A stretch of 64,000 nt of DNA. Origin: a virus. Location: positions 96,001 to 160,000 of the IMG/VR virus record IMGVR_UViG_3300009082_000016; one strand, written 5' to 3'. Position 1 is the first letter of the stretch; each line of letters begins with the position of its first letter. Below the pieces are notes generated by a model. The model saw nothing but the letters and a program-made list of their open reading frames with translations, ran no database searches and had not been told where the DNA came from. Shown piece by piece: positions 50,042 through 58,795 of the stretch. The translations under genes and the position numbers were made by a program.

Positions 50042-50053
50042 CCTCCGCTCGTC

Positions 50054-50275
50054 CTACGACCGGCCGCCCACGACGTTCGGGACGCCGGTGACCAGGATGA
50101 CGCTTCCGTCATCCTTCAGGATCGTGTCGGGGTAAACGACGTGGTCGTTCCCGAACTTCAGCGACAGCTTGTTGAGGCTGACGCCGGCCTTGTCGGCCGC
50201 GTCCTGCATGGAGGAGTCGGCCGGCACCTCGACCTCGTGCTCACCCCCGCCGAACACCATGATCCTGACCTTCAT
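50054..50275 (-). CDS. ubiquitin-like beta-grasp protein (C-terminal GG-RS)
   Basis: 73 aa: MKVRIMVFGG..HEVEVP..S...ILKDD..VILV...VVGGRS; first gene of E2/JAB/E1 operon. Confidence 0.85.
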   Translation of the reverse strand: MKVRIMVFGGGEHEVEVPADSSMQDAADKAGVSLNKLSLKFGNDHVVYPDTILKDDGSVILVTGVPNVVGGRS

Positions 50276-50397
50276 GCGAACCTACCTTTCTTGGCGGGTG
50301 CTACCCGCCGTTCCCGGGAACAAAAAGGCTGCGGCCCTGCCGGCACCATGCCGGAGCGCCGCCCGTAGTCGAACAAAGAAGGGACCGACAAACGGGA

Positions 50398-51156
50398 CTA
50401 GGACCAGAAGGCGAGGTTGAAGGCGGCACTCAGCGCCGCGGGGAGGTCAACTCCCCAGACCTCGAGCTTGTCCGGCACGTCGGCGCCGGCGAACTCTTCG
50501 ATGGAAATCCCCGGCGTGGGCGCCAGGGAGAACGTGATGGGGGCGATCACCTCCCGGAGGACGTTGCCGCGCAAGGCACCGACGAACTCGACGAGTCCGT
50601 CGCCGTAGTCGCCGTGACGCTCGAACGAGACGCCCACGGCCATCTCACCCCGGAGCACCCGCCCGAGGCGCGGGTGCTCGATGGTGGGGAACATGCGCCC
50701 GTCCGGGTCGACCCAGACACGGGTCTCCCCGTTCCGCCCCTCGATGGGCGCGGAGCGGCGCAGCAAAAGGTGCGGGTAAACCCGCACCGGCGAGTCGTCT
50801 CCCCCGAAGAGGCGGATGAACTCCGCCGCCTCCTCCATCACCCCGTCGATCGGGGCGGTGATCACCGCGGACACGAGTCCGCGGATCCTTCCGGTGCCCC
50901 GGCAGACGGGGCAGGGGACCAGGGCCGCGGTACTGCCACGGTCCTGCCTGAGGTACTTGTGCCCCAGGCATTCCGTGCAGGTGGTCTCCCGGACCCGGCT
51001 GTCGCCGGGGTCCCGAGGCTCGAAAGCCTCGAGACGCACCCCCGAGACCACCAGGTCGGGGGGAATCGGCGACGTTGTCATTTCCAAGAACGCCGCCTCG
51101 CGATCGAGACGGGCGTCCAGTGCCTCCGGCAGTACGATCCGCAGTTCCTTCGCCAT
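50398..51156 (-). CDS. hypothetical protein with RHH-like N-terminus and DnaJ-type Zn finger
   Basis: ELRIVLPEALDARLDREA; CTECLG...CPVCRGTG; GGAGGT SD. Confidence 0.6.
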   Translation of the reverse strand: MAKELRIVLPEALDARLDREAAFLEMTTSPIPPDLVVSGVRLEAFEPRDPGDSRVRETTCTECLGHKYLRQDRGSTAALVPCPVCRGTGRIRGLVSAVITAPIDGVMEEAAEFIRLFGGDDSPVRVYPHLLLRRSAPIEGRNGETRVWVDPDGRMFPTIEHPRLGRVLRGEMAVGVSFERHGDYGDGLVEFVGALRGNVLREVIAPITFSLAPTPGISIEEFAGADVPDKLEVWGVDLPAALSAAFNLAFWS

Positions 51157-51297
51157 GCTGACCTCCGCGCTATCGGGCCTTGCGTAGAACTTCCCCTTCT
51201 CCGGCCCAAAAAGAGGGGAAAGAACCGGCCGAACGTCGTTCGGGATTCCAGATGCCTTATAGCGGAAGGCGCCCCACTTTTTGCAGAGCATGCTAGG

Positions 51298-51711
51298 ATG
51301 GGCTCGATGAAGGAGCTTTTCGAGGATCTGCTGGGCGTGGAGGCGCAGGAAATCCTGGTCGACACGCTCCAGCGCCGAGCCGAAGTGATGGCCCCGGGCG
51401 AGGTCGACGCCGTTCACCGGTTTTCAGCCGGCGAACCCCTCACGGAGATGGACAAGCTGTCGCTCAACGAGCTCGTCACGGCCATGGCGGACGATTTCGG
51501 CACCCGCCGGCGCTCCCAGGAGCTCCAGCGCATGATGCGGGAGGCCACCCCCCCGCCCGTGGAAGACGAAGAGGACTGGCTTCCCGAGGACGAGGAGGAG
51601 GTCCTGGGGGGCCCGGACGGCTCGGTAGGCCCGTTGATGGGGGAAATGCTCGAAGATCTCAAGGAAAATGAACCGGAAATGCCCGGGGACGACGACTTCG
51701 AGGACTTCTAG
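51298..51711 (+). CDS. highly acidic small protein (only plus-strand gene)
   Basis: GC3-rich codons on plus strand; D/E-rich tail ending GDDDFEDF. Confidence 0.65.
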   Translation: MGSMKELFEDLLGVEAQEILVDTLQRRAEVMAPGEVDAVHRFSAGEPLTEMDKLSLNELVTAMADDFGTRRRSQELQRMMREATPPPVEDEEDWLPEDEEEVLGGPDGSVGPLMGEMLEDLKENEPEMPGDDDFEDF

Positions 51712-51956
51712 TAGCGCCTGCCGCGGGCTTCCATCATCTTCCAGATCGAGGTCGGGCTGGCGTAGGAGTATCGGGGGAACTTGGTGGCCCCGGCGAGCAT
51801 CGCGGCGAGGCCGCCATAGCCCTGGACCATGGCGGGGTCGACGCCCGACTGGGCCATCAGGACGTCGGCGGCGGACGGGGCGCCCTGGGCGTACTTCCGA
51901 AAGGCGTCCTGGAAGGCGGCCTCGTGGACGAGAGCGATGGCGTTCCCCTGGGTCAC
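51708..51956 (-). CDS. small hypothetical protein
   Basis: GGAGG SD, follows tail tube gene. Confidence 0.6.
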   Translation of the reverse strand: MTQGNAIALVHEAAFQDAFRKYAQGAPSAADVLMAQSGVDPAMVQGYGGLAAMLAGATKFPRYSYASPTSIWKMMEARGRRY

Positions 51957-51966
51957 GGGACCTCCG

Positions 51967-52689
51967 CTACTCGGCCATCACCTCGGGCGGCGGGCGCAGG
52001 AACTCGTTGGTGCCCGTCATCAGCGGGATGACCTTCGTCTTGATCGGGACCAGCAGCTCGTACTGGATGCCGACCGACTCCTGGACGATGGTGCCCATGG
52101 CATCGGTGGCCCAGGTGTGGGTCGGGACCACGCAGTGCTCGAGGTAGAACGCCCCGAGCGTCTGCAGGTTGCTGTCCTTCAGGAAGAAGGCGAGCCCGAC
52201 CGGCTGGTTGAACAGGTCGGACGCGAGGTTGAGGAAGAGGTTCTCGAAGCCCGGCGGGACGATGACGTCGTGCGGGTTCGCCATCACCGTCGCGCCGAGG
52301 TTCGGCCACATCCACTTCACCGTGGTCGGGCGCAGCACGTCCTGGTAGTAGGCGTAGACCATCCGCAGGAGCGACGCGCCGTGGTAGTGGATGCGCGAGA
52401 GGCCGACCTGGCCCACCGTCCGGCCCGGGATGAAGTAGCTGCGGTCGCTCCCAAGCTCGAAGATGCGGCTGAAGTTCTTGTTCTGGCCCAGGTTGAAGTT
52501 CTGGATGATGCCGATCGGGTAGACGATGTCATCCAGCTGGACCGAGCCGCCGCCCAGCACGGAACTGCCGACGACGGAGAGCCGCGGCGGGCCGGCGGAG
52601 ACGGAGAAGAAGTTGCCCGCAACAAATTGCCCATCTCTCAGGCCGCGTTGAACATACGAAGTGTACGGGTTCTGATCCGAAAAGCTCAT
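51967..52689 (-). CDS. putative tail tube protein
   Basis: IGIIQNFNLGQNK...IFELGS.RSYFIPGRT...LSR...YLEHC...IVQESVGIQYE; downstream of sheath. Confidence 0.75.
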   Translation of the reverse strand: MSFSDQNPYTSYVQRGLRDGQFVAGNFFSVSAGPPRLSVVGSSVLGGGSVQLDDIVYPIGIIQNFNLGQNKNFSRIFELGSDRSYFIPGRTVGQVGLSRIHYHGASLLRMVYAYYQDVLRPTTVKWMWPNLGATVMANPHDVIVPPGFENLFLNLASDLFNQPVGLAFFLKDSNLQTLGAFYLEHCVVPTHTWATDAMGTIVQESVGIQYELLVPIKTKVIPLMTGTNEFLRPPPEVMAE

Positions 52690-53348
52690 TGATTCCGCTC
52701 CTTTCCGGTCTCATCCTTCACGATATGGACGAGATTCCGGAGCTCACGTTCCTTCTCGTGCGGGCAGTACCCGTAGAAACCTCTGGACAGGTTGCAGTTG
52801 TGGCACAGGACGCGGAAGCCGACCGGGTAGCCGTGCTTCTTGATCCAGCTGTAGATGGTCCGGGCCCCACTGGCCTTGATCTCCTGGCGGTGCTGTGCCC
52901 CGTCATTGTTCTCGTGGTCCATCGACAGGAACTCGATCCTGGCTTCCCCGCAGCACGCGCACTTGGGCGGGTCACCGCCATAGTGCTTCAGGACTTCTAC
53001 CCGAAGCTGGTGGGTCCACTTGCGGTGCAGTTCATTCCAGCAGGGCTTGCAGTAAGACTGCGTCGTCCTGTACCGCTTGTCCTGATGGAAGAACTCGATC
53101 GTGTTGGGGTAGACCTTACTGCAACGCCGGCAGGTCTTCATCCCTTCGGGAGCATCGTCGATCATCTGGGCGCTGTAGTCAGATCCTCTCTTCGCCGCGT
53201 AGGCCGCCGTAGCCCGCTTCGTCCAGCAGGCCTTGCAGGTGTTTCGCCGGCCTTCACCCAGCTTCACAAACTCCTCCGCCCCCTTCGTCTCCCCGCACTT
53301 GCGGCAGGTACGAACGGTCGGAGGGTTCTTGGCCGGGCGTCCCGTCAC
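52686..53348 (-). CDS. HNH/EndoVII-like homing endonuclease
   Basis: CxxC Zn knuckles, CACCGE....LSMDH...G..HR, RVLCHNCN. Confidence 0.8.
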   Translation of the reverse strand: MTGRPAKNPPTVRTCRKCGETKGAEEFVKLGEGRRNTCKACWTKRATAAYAAKRGSDYSAQMIDDAPEGMKTCRRCSKVYPNTIEFFHQDKRYRTTQSYCKPCWNELHRKWTHQLRVEVLKHYGGDPPKCACCGEARIEFLSMDHENNDGAQHRQEIKASGARTIYSWIKKHGYPVGFRVLCHNCNLSRGFYGYCPHEKERELRNLVHIVKDETGKERNQ

Positions 53349-53356
53349 GTTCTCCC

Positions 53357-56300
53357 CTACACGACGATGCGGACCCGCACGCGGTTGAGCGGCGGCTCCA
53401 GTTCGGCGTCCAGCTCGACGAGGATCTCGTCCTCGTCGCCATCGCTCAGCCCCTCCGCCAGGTCTTCCGGCGTCGCCTTGAACGGCCCGATCGTGACCGT
53501 CGGGTCGTGGGCGCCCTTCCAGACGTGGTTCTGGACCAGGAAGTCGAGCACGCCCTGGACGATCACGGTGAGCTGCTGGACCGACTGGGTGTTGACGGTC
53601 ATCGTCCCGACCATCGGCTCCAGGGCGCTGCGGATCGCCTTCGCGCCGTAGTCGAGGGCGCAGGTCATGCTGAACTCGCGCGTCTTGACCGACGTCGGGT
53701 CCGAGGTCAGCTGCATCCGGGTGAGGACGGACCCGGTGACGTCGTCGTTCTTCCACCACCAGATGCCGTAGCCGGCCGCCTGGTCCATCTGCGCCTCGGT
53801 GAAGTAGCCGTTGGCGTTGAAGACGCGGGTGAACCCGGTGACCGGGCTCTTCGACTGCGGCTTCGACGGCAGCATCTTGCACCGCTGGGCCATGGTGGCC
53901 GCGGCGAGGTAGTAGGTCGGCAGCCGCTGGGCGATGCCGCCGACGGTCGCCTCGCAGTCGCCGGGGGCGCCGACGAGGATGCGGCGGAACTTGAAGGTGG
54001 TCGCCCGCTTGCCGATGGCCTTGGCGATCGCCTCCTTGTCCGGGAGGCCGGCGGTGTCGAGCAGCAGGTCGCCGCGCACCGAGATCGAGAACGTCTTGTC
54101 GATGATCGCCCCCGTCCACAGCGTGGGGGCGGCGGGGTTCCCGGCCCAGAACGAGTCGGTCGTGGTGTAGGTCTTGGTGCAGATGACCGTCGTACCGGCG
54201 TACGACTTGACCATGTAGTGCTTGGTGTCGCCCTCGATGCTGAGGTAGACGCCGTCCGAGCCGTCGGCCGCGAAGGACGAAGCCGTGACGCCCGCCGCCA
54301 GGAACAGGTCGGCGAGGTCGGGCAGGTTCGTCTGGAACGCGACGTCGGTGCCCGCGCCCGGATCGGCCGCGTTGCCCTGCGTCCCCGAGCCGACCAGCGC
54401 CGGCTCGTCCCGCGTCGGGATCGGGAACGTGATCATGCCCGCCCGCTCGCCCTTCTGCTTCGTGTGGCTCATGTAGACCACGTGCTGGTCGAGCAGGATG
54501 CCGACATCGAGGTCCTGCGAGAGGACGGCGATCGGGTAGGTCACGTTGTAGGACTGCAGGACGGCGAAAGCCCGGGCGTACGCCGCCGGCGTCCCCTCCG
54601 GGTAGTCGTCGGTGACCTCGTCGACGCCCAGCAGGGCGATCGGGACGATGTCCGAGTTGAGCAGGGAGAAGTACCCGGCGAGCCCCAGCGGGTTCTGGGC
54701 GTCCAGCGGGGAGAACTGGCTCTCCAGACCGGCGAAGTCGTTGCCCAGGATGAGCACCGGGCCGACGTCGCGGGTGGTCGCCTTGGCGGTGACATCGAGG
54801 CGGAGCGCCTCGTAGAACACCGGCAGCTGCGCCTTCGCGTACGTCACGTTCATCGTCGGGTACAGCGGCTGGCCGAAGTTGCCGCGCAGGGTGTCGTGCC
54901 GGAACTGGGTCAGGTACTCCGTCACGTACAGCTCGGGGCTGGCGTAGTCGGTGACCTGCTTCGCATCGGTCTGCGCCGACACGTTCTTCGAGACGATCCA
55001 CCAGGTGTGCTTCGTCGGGTTGGTGGTGATCGGGTCGTCGAAGTAGTCGATGCGGAACTCGTGGTCGAGCCGGATCTGCGCGTCCACCGAGCCGGCAACG
55101 CCACCGATGACGATCTGGCTGATCACCGCGAACAGGGAGCCGTCGACCCACAGCTCATCGCCGACGCGGACCTGCTGGTAGTTGCCGCGCCAGGTCTTCG
55201 GGTAGGTGCCCGCGCCGAACAGCCAGACGGCGTGGGTGCCCCACACCCGGACGATGCTCTCGCGCCCGAAGCGGGACGACTGGATGCGGACGGCGCCCGG
55301 GGTGACCGGATCGTCGATCGCCGTGACCGGATCGGGGCCGTAGGCCGGGAAACGGTCGTTGATGGCGTCGAGCACGTCGGCCTCGACGACGCCCGTCGCG
55401 TTGGAGATCTGGATGCGCTGGGCCGCCCAGCCGTCGATCTGGACCCAGAAGTCCAGGGCCGCGTACGTCTGCGACCAGCGGCAGGGGTTGACCTCGAAGC
55501 CCCACACGCCGGTCTCGAGGCAGCGCCAGTAGGTGCCGCCGTTCGACGTGCCGGCCAGGATGTTGACGACCGCCTTCGGGAACTCGGCCTCGAGGTCCAG
55601 GTCGCCGACGCGGGTGAGCACGAAGGGCACGCCGGGGCCGCCGGCGGTGGTCACTTCGTAGACGCCGTTGGTCACGCTGCCCGCCTCGTCCTTCACGAGC
55701 AGGCGGTTGGTGTTGACAAGCGCCACGCCGTCGATGAGCGGCAGGCCGACGCCCACGCCGTTCTCCGTCAGGGTGAACGCGGGCCCGGCCGCGTAGGTGC
55801 AGGCCGGCAGGGCGCCCGTGGTCGCCGCGTGGCAGGCCGGCTTCGCGACACCGGCGCCGCCGACCCACGGCGGGATGGTCGTGTTGACGAGGACGGCCGA
55901 GGTCGGCGCGGCGTCGAAGTCGGGGAGGTAGTCGTCCTGGGCGACCGACAGCATGTCGGCGATGTCGCTCGGGTACGCCTTCTGGGTCCCGGCGGACGCC
56001 TTGAACAGCAGGAGCGGGGTGGTCCCGTCGCCGTCACCGTCGTCCAGCATGTCCAGGAACGACTGGCCGGCGCGGCTGATCGCCTCGGTCCGGTACAGCT
56101 CCTTCTTCACCGCGGTCTCGCTGGTGAGGAAGCCGCGGACGGTGTCCTCGAGGATGTCGAGGTCGGGGCGCAAGTTCCACGGGTCGGGCAGGAGGTTCTG
56201 GGTGACGAGCAGCCGGTCGTTGCTGTACTGGTCGTAGCCCAGGGAGAACCACGCCCGCGGCAGGTGCAGGCCGTCGGCCAGCACGGTCGTCGCGCTCGTC

Positions 56301-56767
56301 CAGGTCGCCTTCAGGCTTGCCGACTCGCCCTTCGAGGTCGTGCGGATGCGGGGGAGCGAGAGCGTGGACGACACCGGCACTTCGTCGGCGATGAGCTCGA
56401 GCAGGAGGGTGGCGATCTGCTCGTTGAGGTACGTGATGAAGGAGCGGAGGGTCCAGGTGGCCGCGGTGAAGGTCACCGACTTGGACGGACCGTTGTTGAC
56501 CTCAAGGGCCAGCACCTCGGGCGCGGCCGTGATGATCGAGGCCGTCGGACTGATGCCCGCGAGGTACAGATGGGGCTGGTAGAGCGCCGGCAGCTGGATG
56601 CGGGCGTCCTCATTGAGGCTCCCGTCCGTCAGCGTGACCTCCAGCACCTTCTTGCACGGGCCGACGACCACCGGCAGAAGTACCGGGGAGCTCACGGCCG
56701 CGGGGGTGCTCCGTACGGCCTGGACGACGTCGACTCCGGGCTCACGAATCGGGGTGGGGTCGGTCAT
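53357..56767 (-). CDS. tail sheath protein
   Basis: N-terminal EPGVDVVQ, NPLGLA, HVVYMS....GER, C-terminal RMQLTSD...REFS...DY, PLNRVRVRIVV. Confidence 0.85.
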   Translation of the reverse strand: MTDPTPIREPGVDVVQAVRSTPAAVSSPVLLPVVVGPCKKVLEVTLTDGSLNEDARIQLPALYQPHLYLAGISPTASIITAAPEVLALEVNNGPSKSVTFTAATWTLRSFITYLNEQIATLLLELIADEVPVSSTLSLPRIRTTSKGESASLKATWTSATTVLADGLHLPRAWFSLGYDQYSNDRLLVTQNLLPDPWNLRPDLDILEDTVRGFLTSETAVKKELYRTEAISRAGQSFLDMLDDGDGDGTTPLLLFKASAGTQKAYPSDIADMLSVAQDDYLPDFDAAPTSAVLVNTTIPPWVGGAGVAKPACHAATTGALPACTYAAGPAFTLTENGVGVGLPLIDGVALVNTNRLLVKDEAGSVTNGVYEVTTAGGPGVPFVLTRVGDLDLEAEFPKAVVNILAGTSNGGTYWRCLETGVWGFEVNPCRWSQTYAALDFWVQIDGWAAQRIQISNATGVVEADVLDAINDRFPAYGPDPVTAIDDPVTPGAVRIQSSRFGRESIVRVWGTHAVWLFGAGTYPKTWRGNYQQVRVGDELWVDGSLFAVISQIVIGGVAGSVDAQIRLDHEFRIDYFDDPITTNPTKHTWWIVSKNVSAQTDAKQVTDYASPELYVTEYLTQFRHDTLRGNFGQPLYPTMNVTYAKAQLPVFYEALRLDVTAKATTRDVGPVLILGNDFAGLESQFSPLDAQNPLGLAGYFSLLNSDIVPIALLGVDEVTDDYPEGTPAAYARAFAVLQSYNVTYPIAVLSQDLDVGILLDQHVVYMSHTKQKGERAGMITFPIPTRDEPALVGSGTQGNAADPGAGTDVAFQTNLPDLADLFLAAGVTASSFAADGSDGVYLSIEGDTKHYMVKSYAGTTVICTKTYTTTDSFWAGNPAAPTLWTGAIIDKTFSISVRGDLLLDTAGLPDKEAIAKAIGKRATTFKFRRILVGAPGDCEATVGGIAQRLPTYYLAAATMAQRCKMLPSKPQSKSPVTGFTRVFNANGYFTEAQMDQAAGYGIWWWKNDDVTGSVLTRMQLTSDPTSVKTREFSMTCALDYGAKAIRSALEPMVGTMTVNTQSVQQLTVIVQGVLDFLVQNHVWKGAHDPTVTIGPFKATPEDLAEGLSDGDEDEILVELDAELEPPLNRVRVRIVV

Positions 56768-56775
56768 GGCTTCTC

Positions 56776-57558
56776 CTACTCCTCTTTCGGCTCAGCCGTT
56801 CGTGTCGATGATGGCATAACCGACGAATCTTGGGAAGAGGGCCGCTCCCAGCGGCGGGCGTCCTTCCCGATGTCGGCAGGGTCCAAACTGCGTGGCGCAG
56901 CCGATCCCACGTTCAACGGGGGAGGCAACTGCGCCAGTTGACCTGTGATGCGGGTGCGGATGGCCTTCAGGATCGGATCGCCGAGCGGGAGCGTTCGGGT
57001 GCGCCGCATGCAGCGGTAGGGCACGACCGCCGGCACGGCGATCAGGCCCTTGCTCTCCCCGTCGACCAGCGACCCGGCGGGGCCGGGCTGCTCGACCGTC
57101 AAACCTCCGCTCACCAGGAATCCGTAGTGCGCCAGGATCTCCTGCTGTGACCAGATCATCTCGGCGGTGAAGAAGGCCAGGTTCTCGGCCTCCGCCTCGT
57201 CCCTGGAGATGTGCTGGATGATGAACATCCCATTGAGCAGGTCTTCCCGGATGACGGAACCGTCTCGCCAGTTCCCGCCGGCGAGGGCGCCGATGCCGGT
57301 GGCGGCGAACTGCATGCCGCTACGGGAGACGACAATCGCCGGGTACGTGCCGAACGACTCCGGCTTGACCGGCGCGAACGCGCCGACGAACACCCGCGAC
57401 TTCTGCTTGTCCTCGTCCCAGTGGTACTGGTCGGTCTGCGCGTAGTAGACACCCTGCACGAACCCGGTCATCACCTGCCGGGCAAACAGCACCGGGTTGC
57501 TGGCCCAGGTGTCGGCCGACGACCACTTCTCCACAACCGGGATCTTCGGAGCAGGCAT
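56776..57558 (-). CDS. putative tail completion/terminator protein
   Basis: Position before sheath; YPAIVVSR, EAENLA motifs. Confidence 0.55.
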   Translation of the reverse strand: MPAPKIPVVEKWSSADTWASNPVLFARQVMTGFVQGVYYAQTDQYHWDEDKQKSRVFVGAFAPVKPESFGTYPAIVVSRSGMQFAATGIGALAGGNWRDGSVIREDLLNGMFIIQHISRDEAEAENLAFFTAEMIWSQQEILAHYGFLVSGGLTVEQPGPAGSLVDGESKGLIAVPAVVPYRCMRRTRTLPLGDPILKAIRTRITGQLAQLPPPLNVGSAAPRSLDPADIGKDARRWERPSSQDSSVMPSSTRTAEPKEE

Positions 57559-57962
57559 CAGTCAAACGCCGCGTGAGGCGCCGTCCGGACCGCGGTGCGC
57601 CCCGTCACCCACGGCTCCTCCTCCCAATCCTTGAGCTGCCACCGCTTCGGCGGCATCTTCCGCGCCATGTCCTGGCGGGTGACCAGCTGCCCCGGCTCGA
57701 GCAGGCTGAGCTTGCGGAGCATCGCCGCACCCTTCGCGAGTGCGTTGGACCGTTCGCCGAGCGGTTCGGTACGCGCGGTGCCACGGCCGCTGTAGTTCCA
57801 GGGCTCTTCGTCGTAGTCCCGGTCGGTGTGGGCCCGGTTGGGCAGTTTCCGGGACATGATCTCGCGGGTCAGGAGCGTGCCGGGCTCGAGCAGGCTCTGC
57901 TTCGCCATCCACGCGCCCGCGAGCTTCGTGAAGACGTGGAGCATGACCGTCTCGGGATCCAT
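57558..57962 (-). CDS. small protein with internal duplication
   Basis: Two copies of KxSLLEPG.L.TR..M.RK.P...D.-EEPW...R...RT.P. Confidence 0.65.
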   Translation of the reverse strand: MDPETVMLHVFTKLAGAWMAKQSLLEPGTLLTREIMSRKLPNRAHTDRDYDEEPWNYSGRGTARTEPLGERSNALAKGAAMLRKLSLLEPGQLVTRQDMARKMPPKRWQLKDWEEEPWVTGRTAVRTAPHAAFD

Positions 57963-57970
57963 CTGGCACC

Positions 57971-58792
57971 TCACACGGTCGTACGATACCGGTAGTTGCG
58001 CTCGGCGGCAAGCGCCAGCCGGGACAGGTCGGCGACGTTCACCGGAACGCGGAACTCGACGTCGCTCGGGGCGCACAGCGCCATCGTGATCTCCTGATGC
58101 AGCGTCGTTCCCAGGCGCTCGGTCATCTTCACGGAGGCCGCACGCCAGCGGGTGTGGTTCGCGACGACGATGAGGTCGCGGTTCTTCACGGTGGGGAAGG
58201 CGCCGGCGTAGGCCACGGTCGGTGCTTCCTGCCGGACAACCGCGCCGCCGACCTGTTCGGCGTACGGGATGGGCAGCACCTGGAGCCAGATCTCGATCGG
58301 GTGGTGGAAGCCGCGGGCGAACCCGGTGCCGTAGCACTGCTCGCAGCTCGACTGCGTCACCCGCTGCGTGATCGGGTCGTAGCAGTTCTTGCAGAGCGTG
58401 CCGTAGGTACGGATCGGGAACAGCCACGACCGGCGGCCGTTGAGCTCGTGGGTGACAACCTCCCAGTGCCGACGGACTTCGGTGGCGATGAGGTCGGGCT
58501 CATCTGCCATGGAGATCGGGCCCCAGTCCTTCACCTCTCCGGTCTTCGACGTCACGCGGAGGACGTACACGTAGTCGCGGTTCGTGTGGAGCGGCTCGAT
58601 CTGGTTGTCGAGGTAGAGGAAGCGGTCGACGAACGGCCCCGTCACGGGGGTCCAGGGTCCGCCCTCGCTCTCACCGCGCAGGATCTGGAACGTGTAGTCC
58701 AGCGTCTCCTCGGGGGTCGGGACGACCTCCCACGAGACGATGCTCGACCGGAGGTCAAGGGTGCGGACCTTGAACTCGCGGATTTCGAGCAT
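57971..58792 (-). CDS. putative neck/head-closure protein
   Basis: FN3-like N-terminus, CKNCYD...CEQCYGTGF..GF, DLIV....RW. Confidence 0.55.
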   Translation of the reverse strand: MLEIREFKVRTLDLRSSIVSWEVVPTPEETLDYTFQILRGESEGGPWTPVTGPFVDRFLYLDNQIEPLHTNRDYVYVLRVTSKTGEVKDWGPISMADEPDLIATEVRRHWEVVTHELNGRRSWLFPIRTYGTLCKNCYDPITQRVTQSSCEQCYGTGFARGFHHPIEIWLQVLPIPYAEQVGGAVVRQEAPTVAYAGAFPTVKNRDLIVVANHTRWRAASVKMTERLGTTLHQEITMALCAPSDVEFRVPVNVADLSRLALAAERNYRYRTTV

Positions 58793-58795
58793 GGA

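Noticed and set aside
47310-50275. Thiamine/molybdopterin sulfur-carrier pathway
   Set aside because: No ThiG, MoaE, rhodanese or desulfurase nearby; the E2-like gene points to conjugation
53507-56941. 1144-aa plus-strand ORF
   Set aside because: Antisense shadow of the sheath gene caused by high GC3
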